A stretch of 64,000 nucleotides of DNA from Candidatus Woesearchaeota archaeon. GTDB lineage: Archaea; Nanobdellota; Nanobdellia; Woesearchaeales; UBA119. Numbering within the stretch: position 1 is the stretch's first letter; the number at the start of each line of letters is the position of its first letter. The notes beneath the pieces were generated by a model that worked only from the letters and a program-made list of their open reading frames with translations, was not told the DNA's origin and did not search any database. Positions 1 to 9,943 of this stretch are shown piece after piece. The position numbers and the translations under genes are program-made. The DNA lies in assembly GCA_030156615.1 (NCBI GenBank), contig JASGME010000002.1:7085-71084 (forward strand), written 5' to 3'.

Positions 1-76
1 CAGGAATAGTTTAGATTTAAATATTGAAAAGTTAAACATCGAAAGTTTTAAGAACAAATTAAAAGAACGCTTAAGA

Positions 77-1108
77 ATGCCAAAAGTATCTGCAATAGTT
101 GTTTCATGGAATGGCAAACAACACCTGGAAGAGATGATTTCTTCACTTCTTAATCAATCATATAAAGATATGGAGATCATTCTTGTTATTAATGGCTCAA
201 CTGATGGTTCTCAGGATTTTGTCAAGGAGAGATTTCCGGGTGAAAGATTTAAAAATTTAAGAGTTATTGAATTAGAAAAGAATATAGGATTTGGGCCCGG
301 AGTTAATGCAGGAATAAGGAATTCTAATGCAAGGTATATTGCTTTCTTTAACGATGACATGAAGGTTGAAAAGGATTGTATAAAGAACATGGTTGAACTT
401 CTTGAAGAAAGAGAGAAAGATAATGTGGCTGCTTGTTCTGCAAAGTTGCTTTATTATGATAAACCTGATACGATAAACTATGCTGGCGGGGTTTTTAATT
501 ATATGGGCTTTGCATGGCCAAATAGAATGAACGAGAAAGACAGAGAACTTCCAGTTGAAGAGACTGATTATGGTGGGATATGTATGATAAGAAAAAATGT
601 TCTTGACGAAGTCGGACTTTTTGATGAGAATATTCCGATGTATCATTCTGATGTTGATTTGTGCTTCAGAATAAGAATCTATGGCTACAAACTTTTATTC
701 AATCCTAAAGCAGTTGCATATCACAAGTATGATTTCAAGAGGAACCCTGATAAATTCTACGACTTAGAGTTTCACAGACGCTTTATAATAAAGAAGTATT
801 ATTCAAGGAAGAACTTGATATTGATTGCCCCTGCTTCTCTTCTTATAGAAGTTGCTACATTGTATTTTGCTCTTAGCTCTGGCTGGTTCAAAAAGAAAAT
901 AAAGAGTTATTCTGAATTTAAGAGATATAAAGAAGCGATAAAAAAAGAGAGAGAAAAGATACAAAAGGAGAGGAGAATTAAAGATAAGAAATTCATGAAG
1001 AACTTTGTAGGACATCTGAGGTTTGAGATGATTAAAAGCAAAGGAATAGACTGGTTCTTAAGTCCTTTGCTCAATGCATACTGGAAGCTGATCAGGAAGG
1101 TAATTTGA
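77..1108 (+). CDS. Family-2 glycosyltransferase (GT-A fold)
   Basis: Translation shows GT2 hallmarks: N-terminal 'VVSWNG', 'DGSQDF', a DxD-like 'FFNDDM', and a C-terminal amphipathic/K-rich tail. First gene of the glycosylation cluster. Confidence 0.8.
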   Translation: MPKVSAIVVSWNGKQHLEEMISSLLNQSYKDMEIILVINGSTDGSQDFVKERFPGERFKNLRVIELEKNIGFGPGVNAGIRNSNARYIAFFNDDMKVEKDCIKNMVELLEEREKDNVAACSAKLLYYDKPDTINYAGGVFNYMGFAWPNRMNEKDRELPVEETDYGGICMIRKNVLDEVGLFDENIPMYHSDVDLCFRIRIYGYKLLFNPKAVAYHKYDFKRNPDKFYDLEFHRRFIIKKYYSRKNLILIAPASLLIEVATLYFALSSGWFKKKIKSYSEFKRYKEAIKKEREKIQKERRIKDKKFMKNFVGHLRFEMIKSKGIDWFLSPLLNAYWKLIRKVI

Positions 1109-1109
1109 G

Positions 1110-2081
1110 ATGAATCTTGTTAATGAATATATAAGAAGGGTTTTTTGCATTCAACCAAAGATACCTGAGGAAATACAGATTGAGGTTACCAATTTATGTA
1201 ATCTTGATTGCAAGATGTGTCCTAGGAAGAAACTGCCTATTAAGTATAAACAGATGGAACTGAATTTCTTCAAAGAGATAATTAAAAGGCTTGATGGAGT
1301 AAAGGAGATAATCCTTACAGGGTGGGGAGAACCAACTGTGCATAAGGATTTGGCTGAAATGGTTAGCATTGTTAAGAAAAGTGGAAAGAAAGCGAGATTA
1401 ACTACAAACGGCCTGCTCATAAATGAAAAACTTGCGAGAAAGTTAATTGATGCCGGCATAGACAGCATAACCTTCTCAGTAGATTATGTAGATGCAAAAG
1501 AGGAAAATGAATTTGGACATATAAACAAAAAGTCTTTAGAGAATATAAGACGACTTGCAAAACTTGAAGACAGGCCTTCAATAGTCATTCAAAGTATTCT
1601 TGAAAAGCCAACATCAAATATTCTTAGGATTTGCGACTTTGCCAAAGAGATTGGTGCTGAGAGATTAAATATATCCCGTGTTTTTACTTTTTTCTCCGAA
1701 GGAATGCCCCGACCATCTCATGAAGAAGAGAAGATGATGATTAAGGAGATATTTTCTTATGCAAAAAAAAATGGATTGCAAGCAGATATGATTCAGTATG
1801 GCATCGGAAAAGGATTAACTAGATTTTTTTATCCTATAGGGAAGCATGCAATGGGTCTTTTTGACAAGAATTGTTTGAGACTTTTCAACTATGCTTATAT
1901 AAATGTTGATGGCAATATTACTCCATGTTGTCTTCTTCCTTCACTCAGCGTTGGAAACATTATGGAAAAGAGCTTAGAAGAGATTTGGCAAGGAGACGAA
2001 TTAAAAAGATTCATCGCTAATCATAATAAGCATCCTGTGTGCAAGAAGTGTGACCTCTGGAGAATAAAGTATTTTGATTGA
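1110..2081 (+). CDS. Radical SAM protein with C-terminal SPASM-like Cys cluster
   Basis: CNLDCKMC (Cx3Cx2C) radical-SAM motif near the N-terminus, 'GWGEPT' SAM-binding motif, and a C-terminal 'PCCLLP...CKKCDLW' twin-Cys cluster. Start overlaps the upstream GT2 stop, so probably an operon. Confidence 0.8.
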   Translation: MNLVNEYIRRVFCIQPKIPEEIQIEVTNLCNLDCKMCPRKKLPIKYKQMELNFFKEIIKRLDGVKEIILTGWGEPTVHKDLAEMVSIVKKSGKKARLTTNGLLINEKLARKLIDAGIDSITFSVDYVDAKEENEFGHINKKSLENIRRLAKLEDRPSIVIQSILEKPTSNILRICDFAKEIGAERLNISRVFTFFSEGMPRPSHEEEKMMIKEIFSYAKKNGLQADMIQYGIGKGLTRFFYPIGKHAMGLFDKNCLRLFNYAYINVDGNITPCCLLPSLSVGNIMEKSLEEIWQGDELKRFIANHNKHPVCKKCDLWRIKYFD

Positions 2082-2088
2082 ATTTGAT

Positions 2089-2487
2089 TTAATCCTTTTC
2101 TTTATCTTTCTCTTTCTGCTCCTTCTCTTCCTGCTCTTCTTTATTTTCTTGAGGCTGATTTTCTTTATCTAAGGCCAGCTTTCTAACAAGCTTTTCTATA
2201 TTCTGTTTGTTCTTTGAAGCTATTACGAAGTTATGAAATGAAAAAAGTGCTAGGAAGGCAAAGGCTGCAACGCTCATCAGATCAAAAAGCCTTGAAAAAT
2301 TGAATGTTTCTATGACAGGATCAAGAATAGATGGAAATAGAACAATGATGATAAGCATTGCCCAAAGAAGTTCCCATAATGCAAATGAAGTCTTTGAAAG
2401 AAGTTTCCTTTTATAATTCAGATGAACCAAATATGCCATAAACAATGAAAACAAGATTGTCAAAACCTGAACGCCCATCATTTTCAT
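2089..2487 (-). CDS. Small 4-TM membrane protein, DUF2304-like (GT2-associated) with K/E-rich tail
   Basis: About 130 aa, hydrophobic helices, acidic/lysine low-complexity C-terminus. Sits immediately downstream of the Dol-P-sugar synthase-like GT2, as is typical for DUF2304. Family assignment is from memory, not searched. Confidence 0.45.
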   Translation of the reverse strand: MKMMGVQVLTILFSLFMAYLVHLNYKRKLLSKTSFALWELLWAMLIIIVLFPSILDPVIETFNFSRLFDLMSVAAFAFLALFSFHNFVIASKNKQNIEKLVRKLALDKENQPQENKEEQEEKEQKEKDKEKD

Positions 2488-2495
2488 AACCTCCT

Positions 2496-3170
2496 TTAGT
2501 CAAAGAGTCTAAATTTCAATGTGTTGAAAACTATCTTAATTCCATCTAAGGGGGTTGTGCCTTTATAAGCATTGTGGTAAATTGTTTCAATAGGTAATTG
2601 TATATATGAAAGTTTGTTCTTTATCATTCTAACTAAAAATTCAGTTTCAACTGTATAATCTGTTGAATTCCAGCGCAGCAAAGGATATGCCTTTGAGTTG
2701 AATCCTCTAAGACCACACTGACTATCTTTTATCTCCGCATGAAGAATGAGTTTTGAAAAAGCATCCAAAATAAGATTGCCTGCTCTTGATACAAAGGGCA
2801 TTTCAGATGTTCTCTTTCTATAGCCTAAAACGACATCGTATTTATCAAGCATTGATGCAAACTTTGGGATATGATGTGGGGGATGTTGGCCATCACTATC
2901 CATAACAATGATTTTCTTTGCTCTTTTAGAAGCAAAATCGCATCCTGTTTTTAGGGCAGCCCCTTTCCCAAGATTTATTTCATGCCTTATGCATTGCACA
3001 GAGAAAGATTTTGCAATCATAGAGCTATTATCTGTTGAACCATCGTCAACAACAACTACGCATTCTCTTTTAGAATATTTAAGAACATCTTTCAGTACAG
3101 ATGAAAGCATCTCCTCTTCGTTATAAACTGGCAAAACAACGAAAAAATCCTGTTCATTCTTCATTTTCAA
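2496..3170 (-). CDS. GT2 dolichyl-phosphate hexose synthase-like glycosyltransferase (DPM1/AglD-like)
   Basis: 'VVLPVYNEEE', 'VVVVDDGSTDNS' and 'VMDSDGQHPP' motifs are classic DPM1/GtrB family. Overlaps the AglB start by 17 nt (operon). Confidence 0.85.
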   Translation of the reverse strand: MKMKNEQDFFVVLPVYNEEEMLSSVLKDVLKYSKRECVVVVDDGSTDNSSMIAKSFSVQCIRHEINLGKGAALKTGCDFASKRAKKIIVMDSDGQHPPHHIPKFASMLDKYDVVLGYRKRTSEMPFVSRAGNLILDAFSKLILHAEIKDSQCGLRGFNSKAYPLLRWNSTDYTVETEFLVRMIKNKLSYIQLPIETIYHNAYKGTTPLDGIKIVFNTLKFRLFD

Positions 3171-5922
3171 TTTCAGTTATACTAATATTATCATTGATGA
3201 TCTGAAAATTTTCCTTGATTTCTTCAGGATTCCAATTAACCTTCCAGACATAGATGTCATTGCCAAACAAATCTGTTTCGTGTGAAAATAACTCAAAATG
3301 ATTTGTGCCGGCTCCTTCCAAGAAGAATAATCTTGTGAAGATACTATCTGCAAGGGCAGGATCTGACAATAAAAAGTTATATTCATCTCCTTCCTTCTTT
3401 AGAACAACTCCGATATTGAACGAAGATTCCGGATTATTTCTCACATAAACATCTTCAAGATTGCTGAAGACAAACTTCTCTACTTCAATGTAACTTGCTG
3501 AGGAAGTTTGAGCATAAGCCCGCATATTTTCTAAATCAATCATCAATATTACGCCCTGATTTCTTCCTAAATCTTTTATACATCTGAGTGTTGATTCGTT
3601 GAGTTGCTCACATCTTGAAAATGACGATGTTATATAAGTTGGCCATGGTGCTACCCAATAATCCGCATTTGAAACTGCATTTATTTCTGTAACAAGATTC
3701 ATGGCTCCTAACTCATCAAGTCCAAAGTTCTCTTGAAGATATTCCATTGCACCTGATTTGTTTCTTCTCCTAACTTCATAGAATTGTTTTGATTTTGTAA
3801 AGTTCCATGAACCGAAATGTGCCCATACCCCTGCTTTGCTTACCATATCCTCAGAAGCGATGAAATAATTTTCTGGAGGATCACAATGCGTATATTTTAT
3901 AACCTCGCTTGCATTCTGCTCATTAAACATTGATGAAAGATAAGAATATGCCTCTTCCTCGTTCATTTCTAAAATGTCGTATAAAATTGTGATTGCTTCA
4001 AGATCATCGCCAGTTATGTTTAAAATACGATTATACGCTGTATTTGCTCCACAATCCAGCATTCTCAATATTGCAATTGAAAGATTTTCATCATTTGTAA
4101 GCATAAGCTTGCCCAGCCAATGAGCCTGAGGATTATTCTGGACACCTCCATCTAAAGTAACTGGCCTATCTGCTATTGCCTTAAACCAATGACCAAAATC
4201 CCACCATGAATTTATAATTGCATCTTCTTCTGATTCTTCTCTTATTTTAGTTAGGCTTTGATACCATGCATCAGACATCTGGGGCACAGAGCCTTTTGCT
4301 ATTCCAATTGCATTCTGAAGCATTCCTGTCTGAACTCCAGAAGAGGATTGAGGAAGCATTAATATCAATAATAAAAGAGCAAATATTATTATGCCTGCTG
4401 GCAACCGAGGCACTTCAAGTGTTTTGTTTAAGAGTTTAGAACCTTTTTCAATCAAGATTGCTGCTGCAATCCCAAAAGCAATGGAAAAAGCAGGAACTAT
4501 GAGAAGGTTGAACCTTACTCCAGAATAAACTGTATAAATTGTTGCAATAGTCCAGATAACCAATAGAAAGAACTGAGCCATCTTTGGGCCTGTTAAACTG
4601 CCCTTTCTAAATAAAATTAAAGCAATGCCTAAGAATATAATCAATAATGTTAGCCAGCCTCCATTGTTTGCTACTACACTTGCAAAATTGCCGGGATTTA
4701 ACTCGGCAACAGTTGTAAATACATTTGGCCATATTGTACCTTTTGAAACCTCTTTAAGCTCCAATCCCTGGAAAGCAGCAAATGGTGAATTTATAAATGC
4801 GTTAAATCCTGAGAAAAGAGATACAAAAATGCCTGAGAATAAAAGCAAGAGAGCAAAAGAATACAACTGGGAAGTAAATTTCTTGAATACATCTTTAAAA
4901 GAAGAGCGTTTTCCCTTTGAAGCAAGAAGAACAATCAAAAGATATACCAAATAAATGGCATAAGAGCCAACGATTAAATCAAAAGAATACCACCAGCCAC
5001 CCCATGCCTTGGTATATATGCCAAGGAAGAGCCCAAATAAGGCAGAATGAATAATTTTCTTCTTTAAATCATTAGATTCAAGAAGCTTGAAGAAGAAGAA
5101 AAGGAGTATTAACGGAAAGATAACATTAAAGATATCTGTATCGGCGAATCCGCCTACGGTCCTTGTTAAAAGAAAAGGATGTATTGCAATGAATAATGCA
5201 GTGAAAAATCCACCTATTGTGCTCTTTGAGATGTCTTTGCCTATAAAGAAACCTAGAATGACTGCAAGAACTCCTAAGATTACTGGTGTAAAAAATGCAA
5301 CGGCCATTAAATCAACATTAAATCCTAAGAAGGTAAGGAATCTGTATAGATATGCTTCAATCCAGGGCAGGATATTGCTAATCCTTGATTTTGAAGGATT
5401 CCTTTCAGATAATGGCAAACCTCCAAAGACATGAGTATCTATGTATCCCTCTTCAGTTTTGATATCCTGCTCAAAACCATGCTCAATTATATTCTCTGCA
5501 TTTCTGTAGTAATAATAAGGATCTATTGCAAGAAGATACGTTGTTCCATTTTCATTCTTTAATCTTTCACGGAACATATCTGCTGTTTGCTTTTGAACCT
5601 GAGCAATTTCATCAGCTTGCTCATTTAAGATTTTCTGAGTCTCTTGATTAATTAAATCTTCTAATTCTGCCATGCCCAAGCCAGGATATGCTGCCTGAAG
5701 CTGAGAATAAACCTGAAGCATCAGAGAATTGTATATTGTTTGATAAGCCCAATCATCTGCTGCCGGGATAAAATAAGGAGTTGCTCTAAGAAGAAGTGAT
5801 ATAACTACGGGCAAGATAAAAAGAATTATATTTAAAATTACTTTTGTATCATTTTTTGTATCGCTTTTCTTTGATAGTTTTTTTATCTCGTCTCCTTGTT
5901 GGGATTTCTTCTCTTCATCCAT
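3154..5922 (-). CDS. aglB: Archaeal oligosaccharyltransferase AglB (STT3 family)
   Basis: 922-aa multi-TM N-terminal half plus soluble C-terminal half containing 'NSWWDFGHW' (the WWDYG signature of STT3/AglB/PglB). Confidence 0.9.
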   Translation of the reverse strand: MDEEKKSQQGDEIKKLSKKSDTKNDTKVILNIILFILPVVISLLLRATPYFIPAADDWAYQTIYNSLMLQVYSQLQAAYPGLGMAELEDLINQETQKILNEQADEIAQVQKQTADMFRERLKNENGTTYLLAIDPYYYYRNAENIIEHGFEQDIKTEEGYIDTHVFGGLPLSERNPSKSRISNILPWIEAYLYRFLTFLGFNVDLMAVAFFTPVILGVLAVILGFFIGKDISKSTIGGFFTALFIAIHPFLLTRTVGGFADTDIFNVIFPLILLFFFFKLLESNDLKKKIIHSALFGLFLGIYTKAWGGWWYSFDLIVGSYAIYLVYLLIVLLASKGKRSSFKDVFKKFTSQLYSFALLLLFSGIFVSLFSGFNAFINSPFAAFQGLELKEVSKGTIWPNVFTTVAELNPGNFASVVANNGGWLTLLIIFLGIALILFRKGSLTGPKMAQFFLLVIWTIATIYTVYSGVRFNLLIVPAFSIAFGIAAAILIEKGSKLLNKTLEVPRLPAGIIIFALLLLILMLPQSSSGVQTGMLQNAIGIAKGSVPQMSDAWYQSLTKIREESEEDAIINSWWDFGHWFKAIADRPVTLDGGVQNNPQAHWLGKLMLTNDENLSIAILRMLDCGANTAYNRILNITGDDLEAITILYDILEMNEEEAYSYLSSMFNEQNASEVIKYTHCDPPENYFIASEDMVSKAGVWAHFGSWNFTKSKQFYEVRRRNKSGAMEYLQENFGLDELGAMNLVTEINAVSNADYWVAPWPTYITSSFSRCEQLNESTLRCIKDLGRNQGVILMIDLENMRAYAQTSSASYIEVEKFVFSNLEDVYVRNNPESSFNIGVVLKKEGDEYNFLLSDPALADSIFTRLFFLEGAGTNHFELFSHETDLFGNDIYVWKVNWNPEEIKENFQIINDNISITEIENEE

Positions 5923-6048
5923 TTAGAGCACCTTGAAAGCAATTCTGATTCAAAGAAGATTTTGATTGAATATTTAAAAGTTTAGTTTTGTACGGCCCTG
6001 CCTTTTTTAATAGAAGAAGAAAGGAAAAATAAAGAAAAATAGAAAAGA

Positions 6049-6867
6049 TTAATCTTCTGAAGCTTCTATTGGCTTCATGCCTTTCCAAGCAAGTTCAAAA
6101 AACCTTTCAAGAGCTGTGGAAAAAAACTCAGTATTTACCCAGATTCCAACATCAAATGATGGATGAACTTTCTCATCACTCTGGAGCATAAATGTAAGCT
6201 CCGTAGAATCAATTATAATGAATCTTGCATCGATTCCTTCCAAAGCTCTTACCTCTGCAATGCCTTTCAGCTTCTTTGCAGCCTCTTTTGTTGCCTTTGT
6301 TTCTGGAGCAGCAATCCTTATCTTGACTCCACGCCTTGCAACTGCCTGCAAAACATCTCTTATGCTCTCAGAAATCCTCACTAATTCCTGAGCTGTTGAA
6401 ACTATTATAACCTGCTTCTTGGCTGATTTTAGAAGGAACTCAAAATGACTATATATATTATGTCTGCCTTTCAAACTCCCGCTTCTCTCAGCAGGCTCTA
6501 CAAGTTCAATCCCTTGCGAATGTATCAAGTTTAGTTCATCTAAAAGTTCGCCTGAAACAACTTCATCAAGTTTTTCTAACTGTTTATCTGTTTCAAGTTT
6601 AAGATTCTTCTTTACTCTTTCTATTACCTCTGCAGGTGGAATTGCATAATACTTGATTGGCTTTCCAAACTTCATTATAACAAATCCCTTTTTTTCCAGA
6701 CTCTCAAGAACATCATAGCTTCTTGATCTTGGCACATCTGCAATATCTGAAAGTTCTCCTGCAGTTGCCGTTCCCCTTGATAGGAGAGCTGTCCAAATCT
6801 TAACTTCGTACAGGTTTAAAGAAAAATAATGACGAAGTTTGTCCAAAAATTCCTCATCCATTATCAT
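6049..6867 (-). CDS. TrmB-family transcriptional regulator
   Basis: N-terminal winged HTH 'LNLYEVKIWTALLSRGTATAGELSDIADVPRSRSYDVLESLEKKGFV', typical of TrmB. About 270 aa with a C-terminal sugar-binding-like domain. Confidence 0.8.
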   Translation of the reverse strand: MIMDEEFLDKLRHYFSLNLYEVKIWTALLSRGTATAGELSDIADVPRSRSYDVLESLEKKGFVIMKFGKPIKYYAIPPAEVIERVKKNLKLETDKQLEKLDEVVSGELLDELNLIHSQGIELVEPAERSGSLKGRHNIYSHFEFLLKSAKKQVIIVSTAQELVRISESIRDVLQAVARRGVKIRIAAPETKATKEAAKKLKGIAEVRALEGIDARFIIIDSTELTFMLQSDEKVHPSFDVGIWVNTEFFSTALERFFELAWKGMKPIEASED

Positions 6868-7023
6868 ATTATACCACCTTCTTTTTTTCCCTTTAATCTA
6901 TTTTTTATGCCTCAAATAATAAAGGGATTGTTTCGTTCTTGAGTTACAGATGATTACTACTATTAAAAAATTACGCTTTTTTATGATTGAACAATGGTAA
7001 AAATAAGTAACAAAAAATGATAC

Positions 7024-7833
7024 TTAGCCTTTTAGCTTGTTTGATTGTTTGCTTTTATGTAAAAAGAAATTAAAGATTAGAGCAAAGATTATCATTGAAA
7101 TAGAAAGCCATTGTCCCATAGACAGATTGAGCCAGAGCAGGCCTAATTGCTCATCCGGAGCTCTGAGGAATTCAACAAAAAAGCGGAGAATTCCATATAG
7201 CAACACGAAGAGGATGAAAAGAGAACCTTTCCTTCTTTCAACATCATGTATATATTTCTTTTTGTAATATGCAAAGAGTATGAAAAATATCAGTAGATTT
7301 TTTCCTGCTTCATAAAACTGTGAAGGATGTCTTGGGAGCATTAAAGGATCTGTTGTAAATCTTATTGCCCAAGGCACCATTGTAACTCTGCCGTATAATT
7401 CTCCATTTAAGAAGTTGCCAACACGACCAAGTGCAAGTGCCAAAGATGCTGGTATTACAATTAAATCAGCAACCTCTAAAAAAGGAATAGATTTATGTCT
7501 GCAATATAGATATACAAAAAGAACTGCACCAACAAGTCCTCCATGAAACGATAGCCCTCCATTCCAGATGGCAAAAATTTGCATTGGATTTGAAATATAA
7601 TAAGGCAGGTTATAGAACAGGATGTAAAAGATGCGGGCAAATATCAGGCCACCTACTAAACCCCAAAATAGGAGCTCTAAAGCATCTTCTTTTTTTCCTA
7701 GACCTCTCTTTTGATAGAAATGGCTGAATATGAAATAAACTATTAAAAAACCAAGAACATAGAAAAGACCATAATATCTTATTTCAAAACCAAAGAAAGA
7801 GAATAGAACTGGCTGAGGATCATAAGTTATCAT
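7024..7833 (-). CDS. lgt: Prolipoprotein diacylglyceryl transferase (Lgt) homolog
   Basis: Block-by-block match to bacterial Lgt: 'YGLFYVLGF', 'WGLVGGLIFARIFYILFYN', Lgt signature 'WNGGLSFHGGLVGA', 'GRVGNFLNGELYGR', 'LPRHPSQFYEA', 'RFFVEFLRAPDEQ', 'LSMGQWLSISM'. Confidence 0.85.
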   Translation of the reverse strand: MITYDPQPVLFSFFGFEIRYYGLFYVLGFLIVYFIFSHFYQKRGLGKKEDALELLFWGLVGGLIFARIFYILFYNLPYYISNPMQIFAIWNGGLSFHGGLVGAVLFVYLYCRHKSIPFLEVADLIVIPASLALALGRVGNFLNGELYGRVTMVPWAIRFTTDPLMLPRHPSQFYEAGKNLLIFFILFAYYKKKYIHDVERRKGSLFILFVLLYGILRFFVEFLRAPDEQLGLLWLNLSMGQWLSISMIIFALIFNFFLHKSKQSNKLKG

Positions 7834-8051
7834 ACAGACTTGCTTTATTGTTTAATTAATAAGTTTTTCTTATTTTGATTCTGATAAAAATATTTTTAAT
7901 TGTTTTCGAGCTCATCGACTAATATGTCGCCAACCCAGGATTTAACGAAGTCGCCGAAGGCGATTTGAGAAAATTGCGAGCCACGTGATTTTTCTTTTAT
8001 CCATTGCAAGGATATGGTTGAACGAAGGGAGAAGCATAGCGTCTCCACGAG

Positions 8052-8285
8052 TTACGAGTCAGCTTTTTGTTTCCTTACTAAAGAATGTATCCCCCAACCT
8101 AAGAGAAAACCAATAATTCCGAAAAACAAGAATAAAAATATTATTGGTAAGAAATCCGTATTGAATTTAGAAAAATTTATGTGTGTATTAGGTAACCAAA
8201 ATAATGAAGATATCCCAATTAATAATCCCATCCAACTCCCCCACATTTTGAAAGGATCGTATGATTTTTTTATTTTATCCGTCAT
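8052..8285 (-). CDS. Small hypothetical membrane protein
   Basis: 77 aa with two hydrophobic helices. Preferred over the overlapping + strand ORF 8014..8298, which is low-complexity and non-hydrophobic. Confidence 0.3.
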   Translation of the reverse strand: MTDKIKKSYDPFKMWGSWMGLLIGISSLFWLPNTHINFSKFNTDFLPIIFLFLFFGIIGFLLGWGIHSLVRKQKADS

Positions 8286-8572
8286 ATTATTTTATTAAAT
8301 TAAGTTAATATAAATAACTTTTCATCTTAAAATCTGGCTCGTAATTTTGCCTAACATCGCTATTAAGAGAAGTTCTGTTTTCATCGTGAAGCGAAGCAGA
8401 ACATAGTTGAGAATGAATTTAGGTGTAGTGAGGTGTAACCGAATAAAACAATTCAAGCCATGTTAAGTTTGTTTTCCATACAAAGTGTGTTGAACTTGTG
8501 TCAGCAGGTTTGAGTTTTTATCTTCAAGCACGAAACGACATCTAAAATGAGAATACAAGTGTAACATTCTAA

Positions 8573-8854
8573 CTATTTAATTTCCCCTATCCACTTTAAG
8601 AAATATATTAGTACAATTATTAATCCTGCACCTATGATTCTTGGCAAACCAGCCAACCATTCGAATATTCCTAACCACCAAGGAATTGCGGCATCAGTAA
8701 TTAATTCAGTTGCTTTTTCAATATTTTTTTCAGGAGAATTGCTATTCATTGTAAATGACCAGAATGCCATCTTTATCAAAAGAGGAAGAACGAAAATTAT
8801 GAAAACTGCAAGAATCGCAATTTCTTCTTCATCTTTCATTTTAGAATTACTCAA
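8573..8854 (-). CDS. Small hypothetical membrane protein
   Basis: 93 aa, two TM helices. Stop overlaps the start of the upstream gene 8847..9611 (operon-like). Confidence 0.4.
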   Translation of the reverse strand: MSNSKMKDEEEIAILAVFIIFVLPLLIKMAFWSFTMNSNSPEKNIEKATELITDAAIPWWLGIFEWLAGLPRIIGAGLIIVLIYFLKWIGEIK

Positions 8855-9611
8855 AAGTATAAGGGTATACTTTTTGTTCTACAATTTCTGAAGAATCATC
8901 TAAGCAATAACACATAAAGCCATTTTCGGTGGTGCTGTATTCCATAAAATATTGTGTAGCAGAATCAACATAATAACAATAATTGCTACATTTCATTTCA
9001 ATATCTTCTGGGACATAATCAAAATTTGCGCTAATTAATATGCCATATCCGAAACTTAATAGTAAAATAACGATTCCTATAATCAGAGCAATGATAGAAA
9101 TTCCCATTCCTTTGAGTTTGTGATTTTTCGATATTCTATTTAAACTTATTATTGCGAAGATTATTCCAAATATTGGGGATAAAAAAGCGTAAATTATTGA
9201 TAGAATAGGCCATATTTGCATACCTCTTTGAGTTTCCTTTAAATTACCATAAGTCTGTTTTACTCTTTCAGATTTATTCAAATACAAAATCCAAATAATG
9301 AAGTACACTGTCCCATTAAAAAAAAGATAATAATCTAAAAAAATTACTGCATTAGCAATATTCAAAATTAAAGTAGTTATTAAAAAAATCTTTGTGAATT
9401 TGACACCAAAGGGCTTTTTAGTCCATAGGAAAATCCCTGCCAAAATAGATAAGCTCAAAAAAGCGAAACTTTCAATAATTTCAAGAATGGTATAGAATTG
9501 GCATTCAGATAAAATTATGAATAAATTGAAAATTGGATTAATAAAGACTAATGTTATTATAAAGAATAATAACCATCCACCGATGTTTTTTAGTTCGTTT
9601 TTTTCTAACAT
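8847..9611 (-). CDS. Polytopic membrane protein with Cys-rich C-terminal domain
   Basis: 254 aa, about 6 hydrophobic helices, then 'CSNYCYYVDSATQYFMEYSTTENGFMCYCLDD'. No recognisable family. Confidence 0.5.
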   Translation of the reverse strand: MLEKNELKNIGGWLLFFIITLVFINPIFNLFIILSECQFYTILEIIESFAFLSLSILAGIFLWTKKPFGVKFTKIFLITTLILNIANAVIFLDYYLFFNGTVYFIIWILYLNKSERVKQTYGNLKETQRGMQIWPILSIIYAFLSPIFGIIFAIISLNRISKNHKLKGMGISIIALIIGIVILLLSFGYGILISANFDYVPEDIEMKCSNYCYYVDSATQYFMEYSTTENGFMCYCLDDSSEIVEQKVYPYTFE

Positions 9612-9943
9612 CTGCTATGTAAATTTCAAAAGTAGTATATATTTATTTTGTTTTTTAGATTGTAGTCCTCTTCAAGATTTTAGAAAACTAAAACTCAATT
9701 GGAAATAAATCTGGCTTAAGAGAAGTTCAATTTCCTCGAAAAAATTCTCATTGTTAAACAGAGCTGAAATTGAGTTTTGATGGAGAAATCTGCAAGACTT
9801 AGTAACCTCATAATCATTGTTATGCCCCTAGAAGGGCTATTTTGGAATTTTTGGATTATTGATAAATTCGACTACAGGAAGTGTATCTGTCTGAAGGATG
9901 AGAGAGGGGCGTCAGATTTTTTTCTTCTTTTTCTAAAAAGAAT

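Noticed and set aside
272-646. Antisense ORF inside the GT2 gene. Similar antisense ORFs lie at 803..1015, 1151..1468, 2908..3126, 3177..3386, 4625..4954, 5087..5434, 6163..6384 and 7037..7267.
   Set aside because: They lie fully inside and antisense to well-supported genes with clear family motifs. Their translations are low-complexity or hydrophobic junk typical of AT-rich antisense frames.
8014-8298. Plus-strand 94-aa ORF overlapping 8052..8285 (-).
   Set aside because: Its translation is non-hydrophobic low-complexity sequence, whereas the minus-strand ORF encodes a plausible 2-TM protein like its neighbours. Either could still be spurious.
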